Positions 1 to 13,879 of a stretch of DNA of 64,000 nucleotides are shown here, in pieces (positions within the stretch are counted from its first letter, which is position 1; every line of letters begins with the position of its first letter). Made by a program: the position numbers and the translations under genes. The DNA lies in assembly GCA_951406725.2 (NCBI GenBank), contig OX597816.1, positions 120,156,001-120,220,000 of the forward strand, given 5' to 3'. The notes below the pieces were generated by a model. The model made no database searches and had not been told where the DNA came from. It was given only the letters and a program-made list of their open reading frames with translations. Source of the DNA: Octopus vulgaris (taxonomy: Eukaryota).

Positions 1-411
1 TTTTCTACAGCCTGATTATTTTCTTGTTACCAACTGTTTCTCATGTAAAGAATTTTCATTCTATTAGTTATACATCAAAAATAACAGAGCCACTGAATGT
101 ATGGGGTCTTGTACTTAAAGGGGAATGTAAACAAAGACACTGTTTTTGTTTAGGCTGTGTTAATGAGGACACATGGAGACAATATTCACACACCCATCCA
201 TGCTAGCATGGAAGGTGGACATTAAACAATGATGATGATAAAACAGAGGCCCACATACATAGATACAATGGGCTTCTCAGTTTCCACCAACCAATTTCAC
301 TTACAAGGTTTCGGTTCTCTTGAGAGTATTACAGAAGACATTTGTGGGACTGAACCTGTAGTTAAGTGGTTGCAAAGTGAACTTTGTAGCTATATAGCCT
401 TGCCTGTTATG

Positions 412-571
412 TGACTGTGGCCATGCTGGAGCACCGCCTTTAGTCGAGCAAATCGACCCCAGGACTTATTCTTTGTAAGCCTAGTACTTAATCTATCGGT
501 CTCTTTTGATGAACTGCTAATTTACGTAAACACACCAGCATCAGTTGTCAAGCGATGTTGGGGGGACAAAA

Positions 572-602
<31 letters not shown>

Positions 603-748
603 TATACGACGGGCTTCTTTCAGTTTCCATCTACCAAATCCACTCACAAGGCTTTGGTTGGCCCGAGGCTATAGTAGAAGACATGTAGTGGGACTGAACC
701 CGGAACCATGTGGTTCGTAAGCAAGCTACTTACCACACAGCCACTCCT
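412..748 (-). mobile_element. tRNA-derived SINE (octopus-type family A); further copies approx. 12040-12430, 38680-38990 (minus) and partial copies at 240-400 and 1760-1920
   Basis: Minus-strand head AGGAGTGGCTGTGTGGTAAG...GGTTCAGTCCC has Pol III A/B-box-like motifs, internal (CA)n; recurs in the window. Confidence 0.85.
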
Positions 749-2983
749 ATGCCTTATAGTGTATAGTGTTTAATTGTTAATTATGTGTAGTGTTGATGTG
801 GTGTTCATTTTTGTTATTTCCTTTTGTATGAGAAGGATTGTATGTTAATGGCTTAAGTACATTTGAAGTGGAGTTTGAGGAGTCTGAAGTAAATGAAGGA
901 TGAAGGCCACATGGGAAAGGCATGCAGTAGGGCAATAGTAATATATGGTATTGGGTCAATGGAAGTAAAAAACAATACAAAGTACAAGTTTTCTTTGTAC
1001 TATACAATCAGAAAGGATGCAGCAAAATAATGGGATTGGGAACTGAACATTTTTCAGTTTGGGTAAAGTTGTTCCTTACTTTTGGATCAATTGTTATCAG
1101 GCATTTCCAACTTTGTCTTATTTTCAAGTATTGTTGTGTTTAGGACTATATCATTTTGTGTATCTTTTTTTTTTTTTTTTTTGAAGATGGTAGGTTGTGA
1201 TTTGATAAGAATTTGCTTACCACAAATAGTAGTATGATATTAACTGTTAATAAATAATTAAATTACTTACGATATTTATTTTCATCTCTCTCTGTTTGGG
1301 TCACTAGTACAAGTTTTCTGGTCCTCTACTAAGATTGATTCAAACATGTGGCCTTGTACTAATGTAGTACATTATTATTGCAGTAATATTACTAATCTTT
1401 TGTTATTGCAAAAAGTATTAGAATGCAATTTGTTGTTTCATATAGATCTTTGAAAGATAATGACTAGCTTATTGACCTGTTAATATACAAGCATATTATT
1501 GGCTTGTTGGAGTATCAAAATAATCTTTTCTTGTGGGACATTTCTCATCTCCCCAGCATTAAAGAGATAAGTAATAGCTTTCCTTTTGGATTGACTATAT
1601 TGTTAGGGAATAGTTGTCCTCATGAACTTCTATTTAATATCTAGTGATATAAAATAGAAGCAGTAAAGTTATCTGCCTTGCTCAATGATGCTGTTTGTTG
1701 ATCTTAATTCTATCTTGAAAAAAAAATTCATTTAATCATTTCCTCATACAAACTTCAGATGATGGCATAGCTGTACATTTAAGAAGTTTCTTCACAAACT
1801 GGAGACCCTGGGTTTGATTCCACTATGTGGCATCTTGGGAAAATGTCTTTTACTACAGCCTTATGTTAACCAAAACTTTGTGTATGAAATTGGGTAGATG
1901 GAAACTGCATGGAAGCCTGTTGAATGGATTGTTGCTGCAATTGAAAAGTGCAACTTAGTGATACACACAGTGTCACTCTCATATCTGGTTACATAGTTAT
2001 GCTAACAGTAAATATGTATGCAGAGTTCTCAGCCACTTACATGTCAGTTTAGCGAATAAGGAATTCAATCAATCAAATGCTTGGTGTTGAGATTGATGGA
2101 GGAATCCTAATTTGCATTTCTCTAAAATTTCACTTCATCTGAGCCTCTTGCTAAATATTAACTTTTGCTATATACACATGACAGCTTGTGATTTAGCAGA
2201 GTAAGTTGTTATCACATATGCATATTTTCCCAAGAGTGTTATTGACATGAGTAGCAGTCCAAAATATGAATCAAAAAAGGCTTGCAGATTTTATTTATCA
2301 AGAACATAGCAAAACTTCTACTTTGTATAGATTTCTCATATAGACACACAAGATGTCAGATATATAGGAGAGCTGAAGTGGTGTGTCAGTGATAATTTTT
2401 GCCTGAGTTCTAAGATATGGGGTAAATATTTTCAGATATACTTATTTAAACATAATGACTTCTAGGGACACTGTATTTCATTATGCAACCATAGTATATT
2501 ACAAAGTATATTAAACGTTTTATGAGTCAATCCTGTGTCCTACTGTGTTAGCAGTGCTATTAAATCACTTTTTATGGTTATCTCTACAAATTTTCTATAG
2601 AAATTATAGCCAGCACTGATTTGTTATAACATCTTGTGTCCAAATACATCTAATGTAAACAACAATGTGATCAAAGATGGAAAAATAGGTAATGGGTGTA
2701 CATGCCCATATTTGAGGAGTTCTCACTCCTTTGTCAACACTGCATCCAACTCATTAACCACCCATGAACACATTGTAGTATATTAAAGTTGCATTATGAA
2801 ATAGTGTCCCTACAAGTCATTACTATGTATGTACCAGCTGTCAGGAATGCGTTTAATATGTAAAATTGGTATATCCAATAATGTTACACTGCTATATTTA
2901 GTGGCTATTTAAGCAATGAGTTTGTGGATGGTTAATGGATTGGGTGTGGTGTTGAAGGAGCAAGAACTGAAATATGGCATGTA

Positions 2984-4195
2984 CAAAGAGTGTTCATTAA
3001 AGATTTCCCCTAACCTACTTCCCAAGGACTGAGATAAACAAAACTTGGTTGTCTTTCTTTACATAGCCACCACCAGTGGTGTTCCACTTCTCCCATTGTT
3101 GTATGCAGCTGTGAAGACCTCATCTATAGAAGTTGGTAGGTTGCGTCTGGAGCTAAGACTTTACTTCAGAAATAAGTTCATCTTCCAAAAAGTGCTTCCC
3201 CTTGAAAAAAGACTTCATGGTTGAAAAGAGGTGGAAGTCAGATGATGTGAGGTTGGGAGAGTAAGGGAGGACGAGGAAGGATTTCATAGTCGCAGGAGCG
3301 TGCTTTCATATGGGCAACATGTGCATTGTGAACTGGGGTGTTGTGTGGAGGAGGCGGACTCCTTTGGACAGTATACTATGCCTCTCTGATGGCATTCTGC
3401 AATTTTTGCAGCAGAGAAGGGTAATATGCCCATTAATTGTGGTGCCTTTTGCCAGAAAACCCATCATCACTACTCCATGCTGGTCCCAAAAGACTATGAC
3501 CCTCACCTTGCCTGCTGTGGGTTGGACACAAGCCTTCTTTGGAGGTCGTGAGTTATGCTTCCATTACTTTGACTAGACTTTAGTCTCAGGATCGTAGTAA
3601 TGGACCCCTGTTTTATCTTGTGTGACAAGTCTGCTGAAAAAGTCCTCATTTTCTTGGCACATTGCCAAAAGAGCCTGAGAGCAATTGAATCATTTCTGCA
3701 TCTGAGGAATCCACCGTGCAGACAACTTCTACATGTGCAAATGGTCATGAATGATTTTTTTCCACAGACCCTACACTTATCTTAACTTTTTAGGCTAGTT
3801 GCCAAATAATTATGTGGCGATCCTCCAAAATGGTGGTTTCCACTTTATGGATGGTGTTGTCATGAATGGCAGAAAGTGGTCGCCCAGGAATAGGAGCAGT
3901 TTCCACCTATGTCTGACGACATTTGAACTGGCATGCCAGTGCTTGATTACATTGTATGATGGTGCATCATCACCATTAACTTTTTCCATCTCATCAAAAG
4001 TTTCTTTTCGTGCATGACCTTTCAAGTATAAGAACCTGAACTTGGTCCACTTCAGCAGCTATAAAAGACAAATGAATGCAGGTGGAAATCTGCAATTTAC
4101 AATGCGACATGTAGGGACGTATGATTATACATGTACAAGTTGTTTCCTGCAATAATCGGAAGTGTGTCAGGGAAATCTTTAATAGACACTCCTTG
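2984..4195 (-). mobile_element. Mariner (DD34D) transposon, full-length but decayed
   Basis: Imperfect TIRs (CAAAGAGTGTTCATTAAAGATTTCCCC / GGGAAATCTTTAATAGACACTCCTTG), TA on both flanks; ORF fragments VFWDQHGV..GFLAKGTTING and HTH-like ETFDEMEKVNGDDAPSY. Confidence 0.9.
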
Positions 4196-4438
4196 TACAC
4201 CCATTACCTATTTTTTCATCTTTGCCTTGTTTTATATTCACCTAGCAAAACATGTCAAAAGTTAAAATTATTGAGCTAATATTTTATTTTTCTCACAGCA
4301 TAAGCAATATTAATTAGATTTTTCTTTCTATATTTCATAAAGTAAGTAGGATTTATGTCCCTTCAATAGTACAAAATTAAATTCTGTAAATTTTTTTCTT
4401 TACATTATATGAATTATTTCTGTTTGTTTTAATTTCAG

Positions 4439-4687
4439 ATAGATGTAATACATTCTGCAGCTGAAAATCATGGTGATCCAGTTTTTAAACGAACTCTAGA
4501 AACTATTGAACTTTCCTTAAGGACTGGAGGTCTTATCAGTGATGTACTTCTGGAAGAGTTCATTACTCAAAGAATAGTTAGAACACGACAACCGCAAAAC
4601 AGTTTTAAAGCTCGAGGACGTTCCACAGTTGATGGTTATCGAAGTCGCCAAAGCAACACAGTTCGATCAAGATCCAATGCTATTTAG
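4439..4687 (+). CDS. Terminal coding exon of an unidentified gene entering from the left (82 aa + stop)
   Basis: Pyrimidine-rich acceptor tttcag| at 4438; open frame IDVIHSAAENHGDPVFKRTLETIELSLRTGGLISDVLLEEFITQRIVRTRQPQNSFKARGRSTVDGYRSRQSNTVRSRSNAI*; AATAAA at about 4717; not repeat-like. Confidence 0.7.
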   Translation: MDVIHSAAENHGDPVFKRTLETIELSLRTGGLISDVLLEEFITQRIVRTRQPQNSFKARGRSTVDGYRSRQSNTVRSRSNAI

Positions 4688-5824
4688 TCTCTTTAGGAGT
4701 GTTTATTTCTGTGTTTAATAAATCCTACTCCAATTCTGAATAGAAATATGTAGGATTTTCTTTCTTTTGATAGCATTCTCTTAATTTTATTCATTAAATA
4801 ATACATTTTTTCATGAGGTCATGTTTCTTTATTGATTCTCTCTGATAGTTTTTTTGTTTTGATTTTTATTCAATAAGTGTCTGAAACAGAATCAAGCCAG
4901 AGAGATTACCTTGTGCTAATGCCACCATAAAATGCACCCAGATACTCTGCAAGATGGGTCACATCAGAAAAGGTTTCTTGCAGTAGAAACCATGTCAAAA
5001 ATGAAATATCTTGAGTCAGACATGGTTTTGCAACCCATCCAAGAGGGAAGTAATACTGAGCAAGAACTGATTCAAATTGCAGTAACTCATCTAACCCCTG
5101 CCAGCATGAAAAGCTGACTTAAAAGAAATAATGAGGATAATGAATTTAATGTGCAGTGGTGTGGAAAACCTTTGATACAAACAAACAAAAATTTAAATTA
5201 TCAAATATTTTGTTCTTTATTGAAAATTATTTGGATAAATGTTTAAAGGTTTCGTAGGAAATGGTAACTATTCACTTAATCCAGTGTTGACATTTAAACT
5301 CTTTGATTTGTTAGTGTATATTAAATACAGTCGTATAGTTTGTTAACTAATTCTTCTGGTGAGTACTTTATCTTCTCCATCAAAGAAAACAATAGAAAAC
5401 TTAAAGAAAGGAGACACTAAGGTACACAGAAGTAAATCAATAACTTTTCAAGAAGTTGTAATACAAGTTTCCTGTAGCCATTTATCCAATAACATTTGTG
5501 GTTGTTAGTCTTTGCTGTTTTATGTACCATTTCCTGGGCACTGTTCCATGTCTTAATCACTTCAAGTATGTGGAATGGTCTGAGCACTTGAGACATTTCA
5601 ACACCACACACTAGTGTACAAATTTTTCTTTAGTGTGGAAATTTTTATTCTTTTCATAGGTTAGATATAGAGGGGTTTGTTAACTTTTAGCTGTGTGTGT
5701 TAATGTGTATGTATATTACCAAACCATTCAAAACGGATCAGATTTTTTGTTTTTACTCAAATTATTGTTATTTAAAGCAAAACTTTTGGTCATTTAGTTG
5801 ATGTAAATGTTGATATTTTATTCT

Positions 5825-6010
5825 TCAGTTTGTTTCTCCTGATAGCATTTTAGTTGTAATCTCCCAAAGACATGTAGTCTGAACAAAATTATTATCTACT
5901 AAATTAACAAGTTGATAGTTCTCATAGAAATAGTCTATCAGTTTATGTGACTTTGAATTGGGGTCATACAAATCACGCCAGTTCGTTTTCCATAAACTGA
6001 ATGCTTCTTC
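5825..6010 (-). CDS. MTHFR: MTHFR coding exon 9 (last)
   Basis: tttttag| EEAFSLWKTNWRDLYDPNSKSHKLIDYFYENYQLVNLVDNNFVQTTCLWEITTKMLSGETN* matches the MTHFR C-terminus (DEAFALW...LVNLVDNDF); not in ORF track. Confidence 0.95.
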   Translation of the reverse strand, partial: EEAFSLWKTNWRDLYDPNSKSHKLIDYFYENYQLVNLVDNNFVQTTCLWEITTKMLSGETN

Positions 6011-6239
6011 CTAAAAAAGAAAAATTAAAGTATATTTTTCAATATAGTGATTAAAATACAATTAACTATAGAAAAAAATATAATGGTTTCTTTAGAAGTG
6101 TTTCTCTGGGTTAGGGCATGACAATATTTTGGTGGGATATGGAGTGTGAGTTATGTAACAAGTGAATATAACTTCTTTTGTGTGTGTGTGTATGCTATAT
6201 ACTAATTTTGTTGAGATGCACTTTTTTTGTGGGGTAGTG

Positions 6240-6730
6240 TCAAAATGGGGTGTTAACTGCTAGAGTAAGAATAGGATAGTTAAAGTTCAGAGAGCTTTTA
6301 CTTCTGTTGGCAACCAAATATGTGCTCCGAGTGAAGGGTAAATTGTATGATGTATATGTACAAACTTTGATGTTGCATAGTAGTGAGATGTGGGCCCTGA
6401 ATGTGGAGGACATGCGAAGGCAGAAGAATAAAGTTGGTATGCTCCATTTGCTGTGCAACAGCATTGGTGTATTGAAAAAGACATTGGGCATAAAAGGAAT
6501 TAGGTGCAGGAGAGGAGACTGTGCTAGTTTGACTATGTGATGCTGATGGATGGGGATGGTTGCATAAAGAAGTGCTGATCGCTTTAAGTGGAGGAAAATT
6601 GTGAAGAGGGGAAACGACCAAGGAAGACTTGGGATGGATTATTGAAGGCCAGTCTGAAAACACTGAACCTTAAGGAGATAACAGAGGAGCAAGATATGTG
6701 GTGCAATGCTGTACTTGAGAAGACCTGCCC
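6240..6730 (+). mobile_element. RTE-clade LINE 3' fragment, decayed
   Basis: KGKLYDVYVQTLMLHSSEMWAL, followed by an RGRPRKTW-like motif typical of the RTE RT C-terminus. Confidence 0.75.
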
Positions 6731-7795
6731 ATCACAACAAAATTGAGATCCTTAATCCAAGTAATGCATAAAAAGTGTTAGTGCCATATTAAAAGTACAC
6801 ATGTGGAGTGATTGGCATTAAAAAAGACATCCAACTGTAGAAACATGGCCTTGCCAGAGTTCCTGGCAAGCCATCTAACACATGCTAGTATGGAAAATGA
6901 GTGATAAATATTGATGATGATGATTCTGGTTAGTTGACAATCAGTTCTTTTATTTTAGTTGTTCTGTACAATTGTCCAAACAACATATAAGTATCTAAGT
7001 TTGCAAAATTCCAGCCCAGCATTGTTAGCTGTTAAAAGCATATGAAGAAAGAAAATCATCATCATTTACCATCCCTATTTCATGCTGGCATGGGCTGGAT
7101 GGTTTGGCAGAATCCAACAGATCAGAGGATTGTGTTGAGCTCCAGTGGTTTTTATGGATGGATGCTTTTCCTAGTGCCAGCCACTTTATAAAGTGTACTG
7201 GGTGCTTATAAAGAGAAATCTGATAATTTTTTGAAGAAGTTTAAGTGAAATAATAGATCAGGGTAATGTTTTAGCATGCTATTTCATAATATTGACTTCT
7301 CACATTGGAGAAAACCATAAATTTTGGATAAAGTACAGCCAATTATGTTGACTCAGTACTTGACAGCTACTTTATTTTATCCATTCTATGAAAAGCAAAT
7401 TCAAGTGGCAGCATTTGAACTTAGAGGATTAATACTGTCAGGTGTTTTGGTTGACACTGCCCTGTGTTATTTCATAATATTGAAAAAACAAAATTGGTTC
7501 ATCAGTTTAGATTGGCCAGTCTTGTGACATCTTAAAATATAGCTAGAAATGGGAAGAAATATATGAAATAAACAATTCTGAAAGTTTGTTCATAAAAATG
7601 TAAAAATTAGAAAAAGGGCAGGGTTCTGAATTAAGAAAAAGCAGGTTCAATATATAGTATTTCACCACATTCAAACCCACTGATACATAGACATACTTTT
7701 TTTGCTCATAGTTCAACTGGATAAATATAAAAAAAGTTCCAATCAGACATTTTACAGAATACTCATTCATTAGAAAATGATTTTGTTTAACTTAC

Positions 7796-7918
7796 TTTCC
7801 AAATTTTGAAAGCAATAGGATCAACAACAGTGGGCTGGATTATTTCCATTCCTGGAAATACTCCCCATGTAACAGCTATTGGTTGAGTTTCATCACAGTT
7901 GGTATAATCCATATCACC
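7796..7918 (-). CDS. MTHFR: MTHFR coding exon 8
   Basis: cag| [41 protein letters not shown] |gtaagt; hallmark AVTWGxFPGxEIIQPT. Confidence 0.97.
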
Positions 7919-8696
7919 CTGGGACATAAAAAAGATCAGTTTATACACTGAATTAGAGAAATACATAATAGTTTAGTTAGATTATTGAAGTGTTTAAGTT
8001 CAGTTGCTAAAATGAGTAAAGAATCTAACATTTTGGTTCCTTGTCCTTTCTCTCGAGAAGTAAAGAACAGAGATAGAGGGGAAAGTAGTTTTGTTGCTTT
8101 AACTGCATCAATATTCTTGGAGTCCAGTTTTTATCCAGCCAAGTTATTACTTTGCAAGCATTCAATTTGACTGTGATAAATACAGAGCCTATACACCATA
8201 AGTTTTCATTTAAACCAATTGATCATAGTAAGCATGAAATAACCTTTCAAGTATAGTGCTAAAATTCTAGCTAAAATTTTCACTTCAAATCCACTGTAGG
8301 TGTTTTGTTATATATTTCTGCATTTAATTTTATGTGCTTCAGAATTAGGTGCCCACCACCATCAATTTCTAGGAATAGATACATGAATCAGTTGGAATTA
8401 TTTCTTGATATAGGGCAGAGTCTAGAAAGAGATTTAGCTCTAATCCATTTTATATTATAAAACCAAATGTAACCACTGTCATTTAAAAGTTCAATAGGAT
8501 CTGAGAGACATTTGCTTTGTAAAAAGTATTCACAACTTATGGGCCTGCCTTGTCATGAATGTGAAGAGTATTTTGTATCCATTTTGCAGGACATATCTCT
8601 GTAAAATAATTATTACTTGAATTAATGTAAATATTAATTATTCTGAAAATATTTTCTGACAATTTCAAAAAGGTAATTAATAAATCGAAAACTTAC

Positions 8697-8795
8697 CTGA
8701 CTGTTCCCAATATGATAATTGACCTGAGGATAATTAACTAAGAGTTTCTTCAAAACTTCAACATTTTCTTTTGAAGTGAAAAACTCAAGGTAAGC
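8697..8795 (-). CDS. MTHFR: MTHFR coding exon 7
   Basis: aag| AYLEFFTSKENVEVLKKLLVNYPQVNYHIGNSQ |gtaagt; AYLEFF continues GGYVYQK from exon 6. Confidence 0.96.
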
Positions 8796-10249
8796 CTTTA
8801 AGATATGGAAAAAAAAAAAAAAAAGAAAGATAAAAAGTTATTTTTTTGCAAAGGAAATATTCAAGAAAGATTTTATGCATGGTAGATCAATATATACCTT
8901 TTAATATGTGGGACTAATACTGAGATTAATATGCCACTTGTGCTAACATGGGTAGTTTATTTGATGATGATTTGCAAATACTGGATATTTTCTTTATTAC
9001 TTTACAAAAAATTGGCAGAACGTCTGGCCTTCTGATGCTCACTTGTGTTGAATGTTTCAAGTGTTTGGATGAGGTCTAGATAGAATGCTTGTTAGCAGGA
9101 GGAGATAGGGACAAGGAGAGAATTTATTTTTTGCTAGACTGCAGAGTTAAAAATTATTCTTTCTTTAGTCATGTTATTGCCAGTTGGTTGAGTCATTTGC
9201 TTGGTTTTTCCTTATTAGAGATATCCATCAATGGGTGGCCAGATATATTCACTACTAATGATCTAACCAGTGAGAACAACCTTTTGTTTCCACTTACAGT
9301 TGTGGAGTAAACTTAATCCTTCAATTTAACAAACTATGCCAGTCATGTCTAGGTTCCCAATCTCTACACAAATTTCAAAGAACTTTGTTATAAGCCAACC
9401 AGAGAGCCTCTAAGTGGTCACTCGAACTGCCAGATATAGCAGTCAAATCTACCTTAAATTACATCCTGTTATTTTAAAAAAAAGCTAAGTTGCAAAAGTT
9501 GAGGCAGGTAATCATACACAATAATGACTAAAACAAGCTAGAAATACTCAAAATGGACCACTAAGATATGCTATGAGCTAGGTTTGCTGCAATGGCAAAC
9601 TTTACTGAATATTTTTCGACATGTTATGCGAGCAAGAAAGGAATGAATGAACAGAGACAATGTAGGAAAGATGGGACTATACTCTTGTGGGAACGAAGCA
9701 ACCTCACTAGTGCAGTTGCTGTTGACAGCTCATTTCCATTGGTTAAATACTTTTGATCACATAAAGTTTTTAAGCTTTGACATTAATTATAACCAATCTG
9801 TAATGGTCCAAAAAGAGCAAAGAAAAGTTCTGAAAATTTGGTTCATTTAACACATTGTTTTCTCTCTCCACAAGCATTGGATCTCCAGCAAAGAACTCCA
9901 TTGGGTCATATTTGGATGTAGTTCAAGCTACCGTTTTTCATCCAATGGAATAGCCACTTTTCATGCAGTCATGCAATTCTTCAGTTCTTTCATGTTTAAT
10001 TTATATAGTCTGAATTTCTCGTTTATATACAGATTATCACAATTGTGGTAGGGTTCTATGCCCTGCTGCAAACCCATAATAAAACAATTCTCCCACATTT
10101 ACATCTCACTCTTTCTGTCTTGCACACATATTGGTATGAGAAGAATGCTTTCACTCCTGAAATATCCATGCTTCAATTGGACACAGATATATTATTGCCT
10201 CTCATTCTTTGAGTTAATATATATGAATATCTTTATGTAATATAACTTT

Positions 10250-10477
10250 TATTTCTTTATTGTCCACAAGGGGCTAAACATAGAGGGGACAAACAAGGAC
10301 AGACAAAAGGATTAAGTTGATTACAGCAACCCCAGTGCATAACTGGTACTTAATTTATCGACCCTGAAAGGATGAGAGGCAAAGTCGACTTTGGTGGAAT
10401 TTGAACTCAGAATGTAACGGCAAATGAAATACTGCTAAGCATTTCGCCCGGCGTGCTTACGTTTCTGCCAGCTCGCA
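10250..10477 (-). mobile_element. tRNA-derived SINE family B; further copies approx. 16490-16810, 20050-20340, 27690-27835, 28640-28790, 30285-30730, 31405-31545, 41330-41520
   Basis: Recurrent core ACTGGTACTTAATTTATCGACCCCGAAAGGATGAAAGGCAAAGTCGACCTCGGCGGAATTTGAACTC. Confidence 0.85.
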
Positions 10478-10769
10478 TATATGTAATATAACTTTTTTGT
10501 TATATGTAATTTAACTTTTGTTTACCAATCATTCAAATAGGGTTTTTCTGAACATGTTTCCTATCGATCATTTGTGATTAATAAATATGTTGATGATTAG
10601 CACACAATCTCAGTCTTTGCAACCTCAAGTATATACTTATTAAACTCATATCATCAAAACATAGTGGGAAGAAAATAAGTTTTCTAGCACCAGTAACATG
10701 GATAAAATTTATCCAGATATAATGAAATTGTTGTATACAGTGCTCAGGTGCACTACAACAGAAAAAAAA

Positions 10770-11430
10770 AAGAGGGGCATTTGGTGTACTGTTGGCGAAT
10801 TTCAGGAAGCATGGAAATTTTGAAGGATGTAGTGTCTATACTGTTAACAACTGATACAGGTAGTTTATTCCATGTTTTAGCAATTCTGAGTGTGAAAAAA
10901 TGTTTCTGAAAGTCATGGGTGCTGTGTTGTTTTTTGATTTTGTAAGCATGTCCTCGTGTGCTTGACATATGGAATTCTATAAGGTGCCCATGTTTGTTGT
11001 TGGAAGGATGGTGGATAATCTTGTGGGTGTCTACCAAGCCAATTGCTAGATGTTTGAGCTTTAATGTGTCCATACCTAGTGACACAAGACGGTCAGAGTA
11101 TGGTAGATGCCTGATGGTGGGTATTTGCTTGGTTGCATGTTTCTGGACAATTTCCGGGAGATTGACATGCTGAGCGAGATAGAACAGACTGGTGAAGCAA
11201 ACTCTTAGTGTGGATGTACTATAGTTATACACAGTTTTAAATAGATAGCTGGGGAGTGGCTGACAAAAGTCTTACTGAGTGATGTTCAGACACCCTCAGC
11301 CTTCTTGACTATTTTAGAGATGTGGTTTGTACAATGCAGATCACTGTTTATAGTAATACCCAGATCACGTTCACAAACAGATTTCTTAAGATTGGTGTTG
11401 TTGAGGGAGAATGTAAAAGCTGGGTTCTTA
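10770..11430 (-). mobile_element. CR1-group LINE 3' fragment; second copy 39985-40260 (+)
   Basis: LPYSDRLVSLGMDTL...STRGHAYKIKKQ...KHFFTLRIAKTWNKLP is the CR1-type ORF2 C-terminus. Confidence 0.88.
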
Positions 11431-12746
11431 TGAAGAGTATCCAAGCAAAGAAATCATGCCTAAAAGTGGAACATACACACAAGTCGTGATCCCTTACTCA
11501 TCAAGGTGAACAATAGTTTCAAATATGAATCAACTCATATCGTGACCTGTTCAACCCATACCAACATGGAAAAGCAAATGTAAAATGCTGCTGCTGTTGT
11601 TGCTGATAATGATGATGATGATGATGATGATGAACAATCACCTCCAAGTGTCCAGGCTCAACTGCAAGAGTCTCAGAACATTACCACAGTACCATCTCTT
11701 CCATTTAACCCAGACAAACATAAAAAAAGCCACATATACACAGAAGCCACAGCAGTATCAGTAACTAAGTTAGCTTCAAACACTGCTGGGATACACATCA
11801 CAAATAATAAATGCAAAAGAGTAAATAACATCCGTATTCTCCACACCAAGTTCACCAAACTCGTTTCTTTCTTGGCCAGTGGGAGTCAGAGTTTGTTATA
11901 TAGAAGACCAGGTCACACCCAGGGGAGAAGGATTAGTGATTGAAAAAGAGCAGTCAAATTGCCCTGTTTTAGTAAAGAGGGTTTTAGAGATATCCAACCT
12001 CATGGTGAAGAAATAAGAATTATCAGATCTTCATCTGTTATCTTTTACTTGTTTCAGCTATTAGACTGCAGCCATGCTGGTGTGTCACCCTGAAGGATTT
12101 TAGTCGAGCAAATTAACTCCAGTACTTTTTTTTTAAAGCCTGGTACTTACTCTATTGGTCTCTTTTGCTGAATTGTTAAGTTATGGCAATGTAAATACAT
12201 CAACACCAGCTGCCAAGTGGTGGTGAGGGACAAACACAGACACAAACACACACGCACACACACACACAAACACAAAGGGCTTCTTTCAGTTTCCATCAAC
12301 ACAAATCTACTCACAAGACTTTGATCAGCTTGAGGGTGCAGTAGAAAACACTTGCCCAAGGTGCTATGTACTGAGACTGAACCCAAACCATGTAGTTGGG
12401 AAGCAAACTTCTTTCTACATAGCCACACCTGCAAACATTATTTTATCTTCTCAACAATAACAAGGAGGTGGTGAATTTCATTCGTTTTTTTTCTTTTCAT
12501 TTTTTTTTGTGTGAAAGAGATTGGGTTTCTCTTTTTGAGAACCACTGTTCTAAGCGATTGTTCAACATTTTTTCTCTCTCTTTAGTTAGGAGAGAACAGA
12601 GTTACAGGACCTCTGTGACTGATGTGAAAGTGGAAGGTACTCTCAAACTAGAAGTTTGACCTGAATGTTTGCGATAGAATAGATTCATAGCATGTGGTGG
12701 TGGTGGTGTTACTGGGTGACAAGTTAAGTCCACAACTACCTGTTAT

Positions 12747-12952
12747 CAATGGTGGGTATGGTTCCACTAATTCGCTAACAGCTAATTAGTGAAGCTAACA
12801 TTTCATTTTAGCAGATAAGCATTTTCGTTAACTTTGGAAAACGTCAGCAGACCAATCAGCTTTTGCTAAATTTTCTGAATCTTCAGACTTTTCAATATGC
12901 TAGACCACTGGTTTTAAATTGATATTAATCAAATTAATATTCAATTTTTCAC

Positions 12953-13003
<51 letters not shown>

Positions 13004-13838
13004 TCATGATTAAGTCTGCACAGCCAAAACAGCAATCTTTAATGAAATAACAAATAAACGAACTTTAAGTTCTGAACTTATGAAATTCCAACCATCATTC
13101 CATCCCTCATCTGGATTATTCATCACTCCCCCAATGCGTCACCTATCAAGGTAATGTCACAGTTTTCAAAAGTTTAACAACGAGGCTTTAAATTATAAGC
13201 AATATTTCTATGAATTTAGAATAGCCTAGTGACAAATGTTAAACTGCAATCTGTGTGATTTCTATAAACAAAATATGGTTATAAGATACTATGAACGAAT
13301 GTCTTGCCTCCTTCCTGCCCGAGAAAACCACATATTCACTATTGCAGCTTGCGTGGAGATGCCGATGAGCAGCTAGGGTTTTTAAAAAATTAAAAAAATT
13401 TTTTATGTAGGCCTTGATTATATTCTGCGTCAGTTTATATATCGTGACAGTGAATTATTTCCTTGTTGGTTTTAAATTGCTGCTAGCCACCTTGATTATT
13501 TTATAATTTTCACATTGCCATTTTGTGAAATCAGTCACTGATTCCAATGGCATTATCCCTAATATTGACAGGGTGAGTTGAACTCTGCCAACTGCGATGG
13601 AATGAACATTACTGATGAATATAAATTTCCTAAACGAAATTAGCATGCTAATCTAATGCATCTCGCTTTAAAGTGAGGAGAGTTTTCTCCCCTGTCAGTA
13701 CAAAGAGACCATATGCTTTTGTGGCTAAGAGGTCTACGACTTCTATTTCTAGCAATGCTGATAGTCACTGCACCCTTGACACTCTTAGTGACGGTGAATT
13801 ATTTCCTTGTTGGTTTTAAATTGCTGCTAGCCACCTTG

Positions 13839-13879
<41 letters not shown>

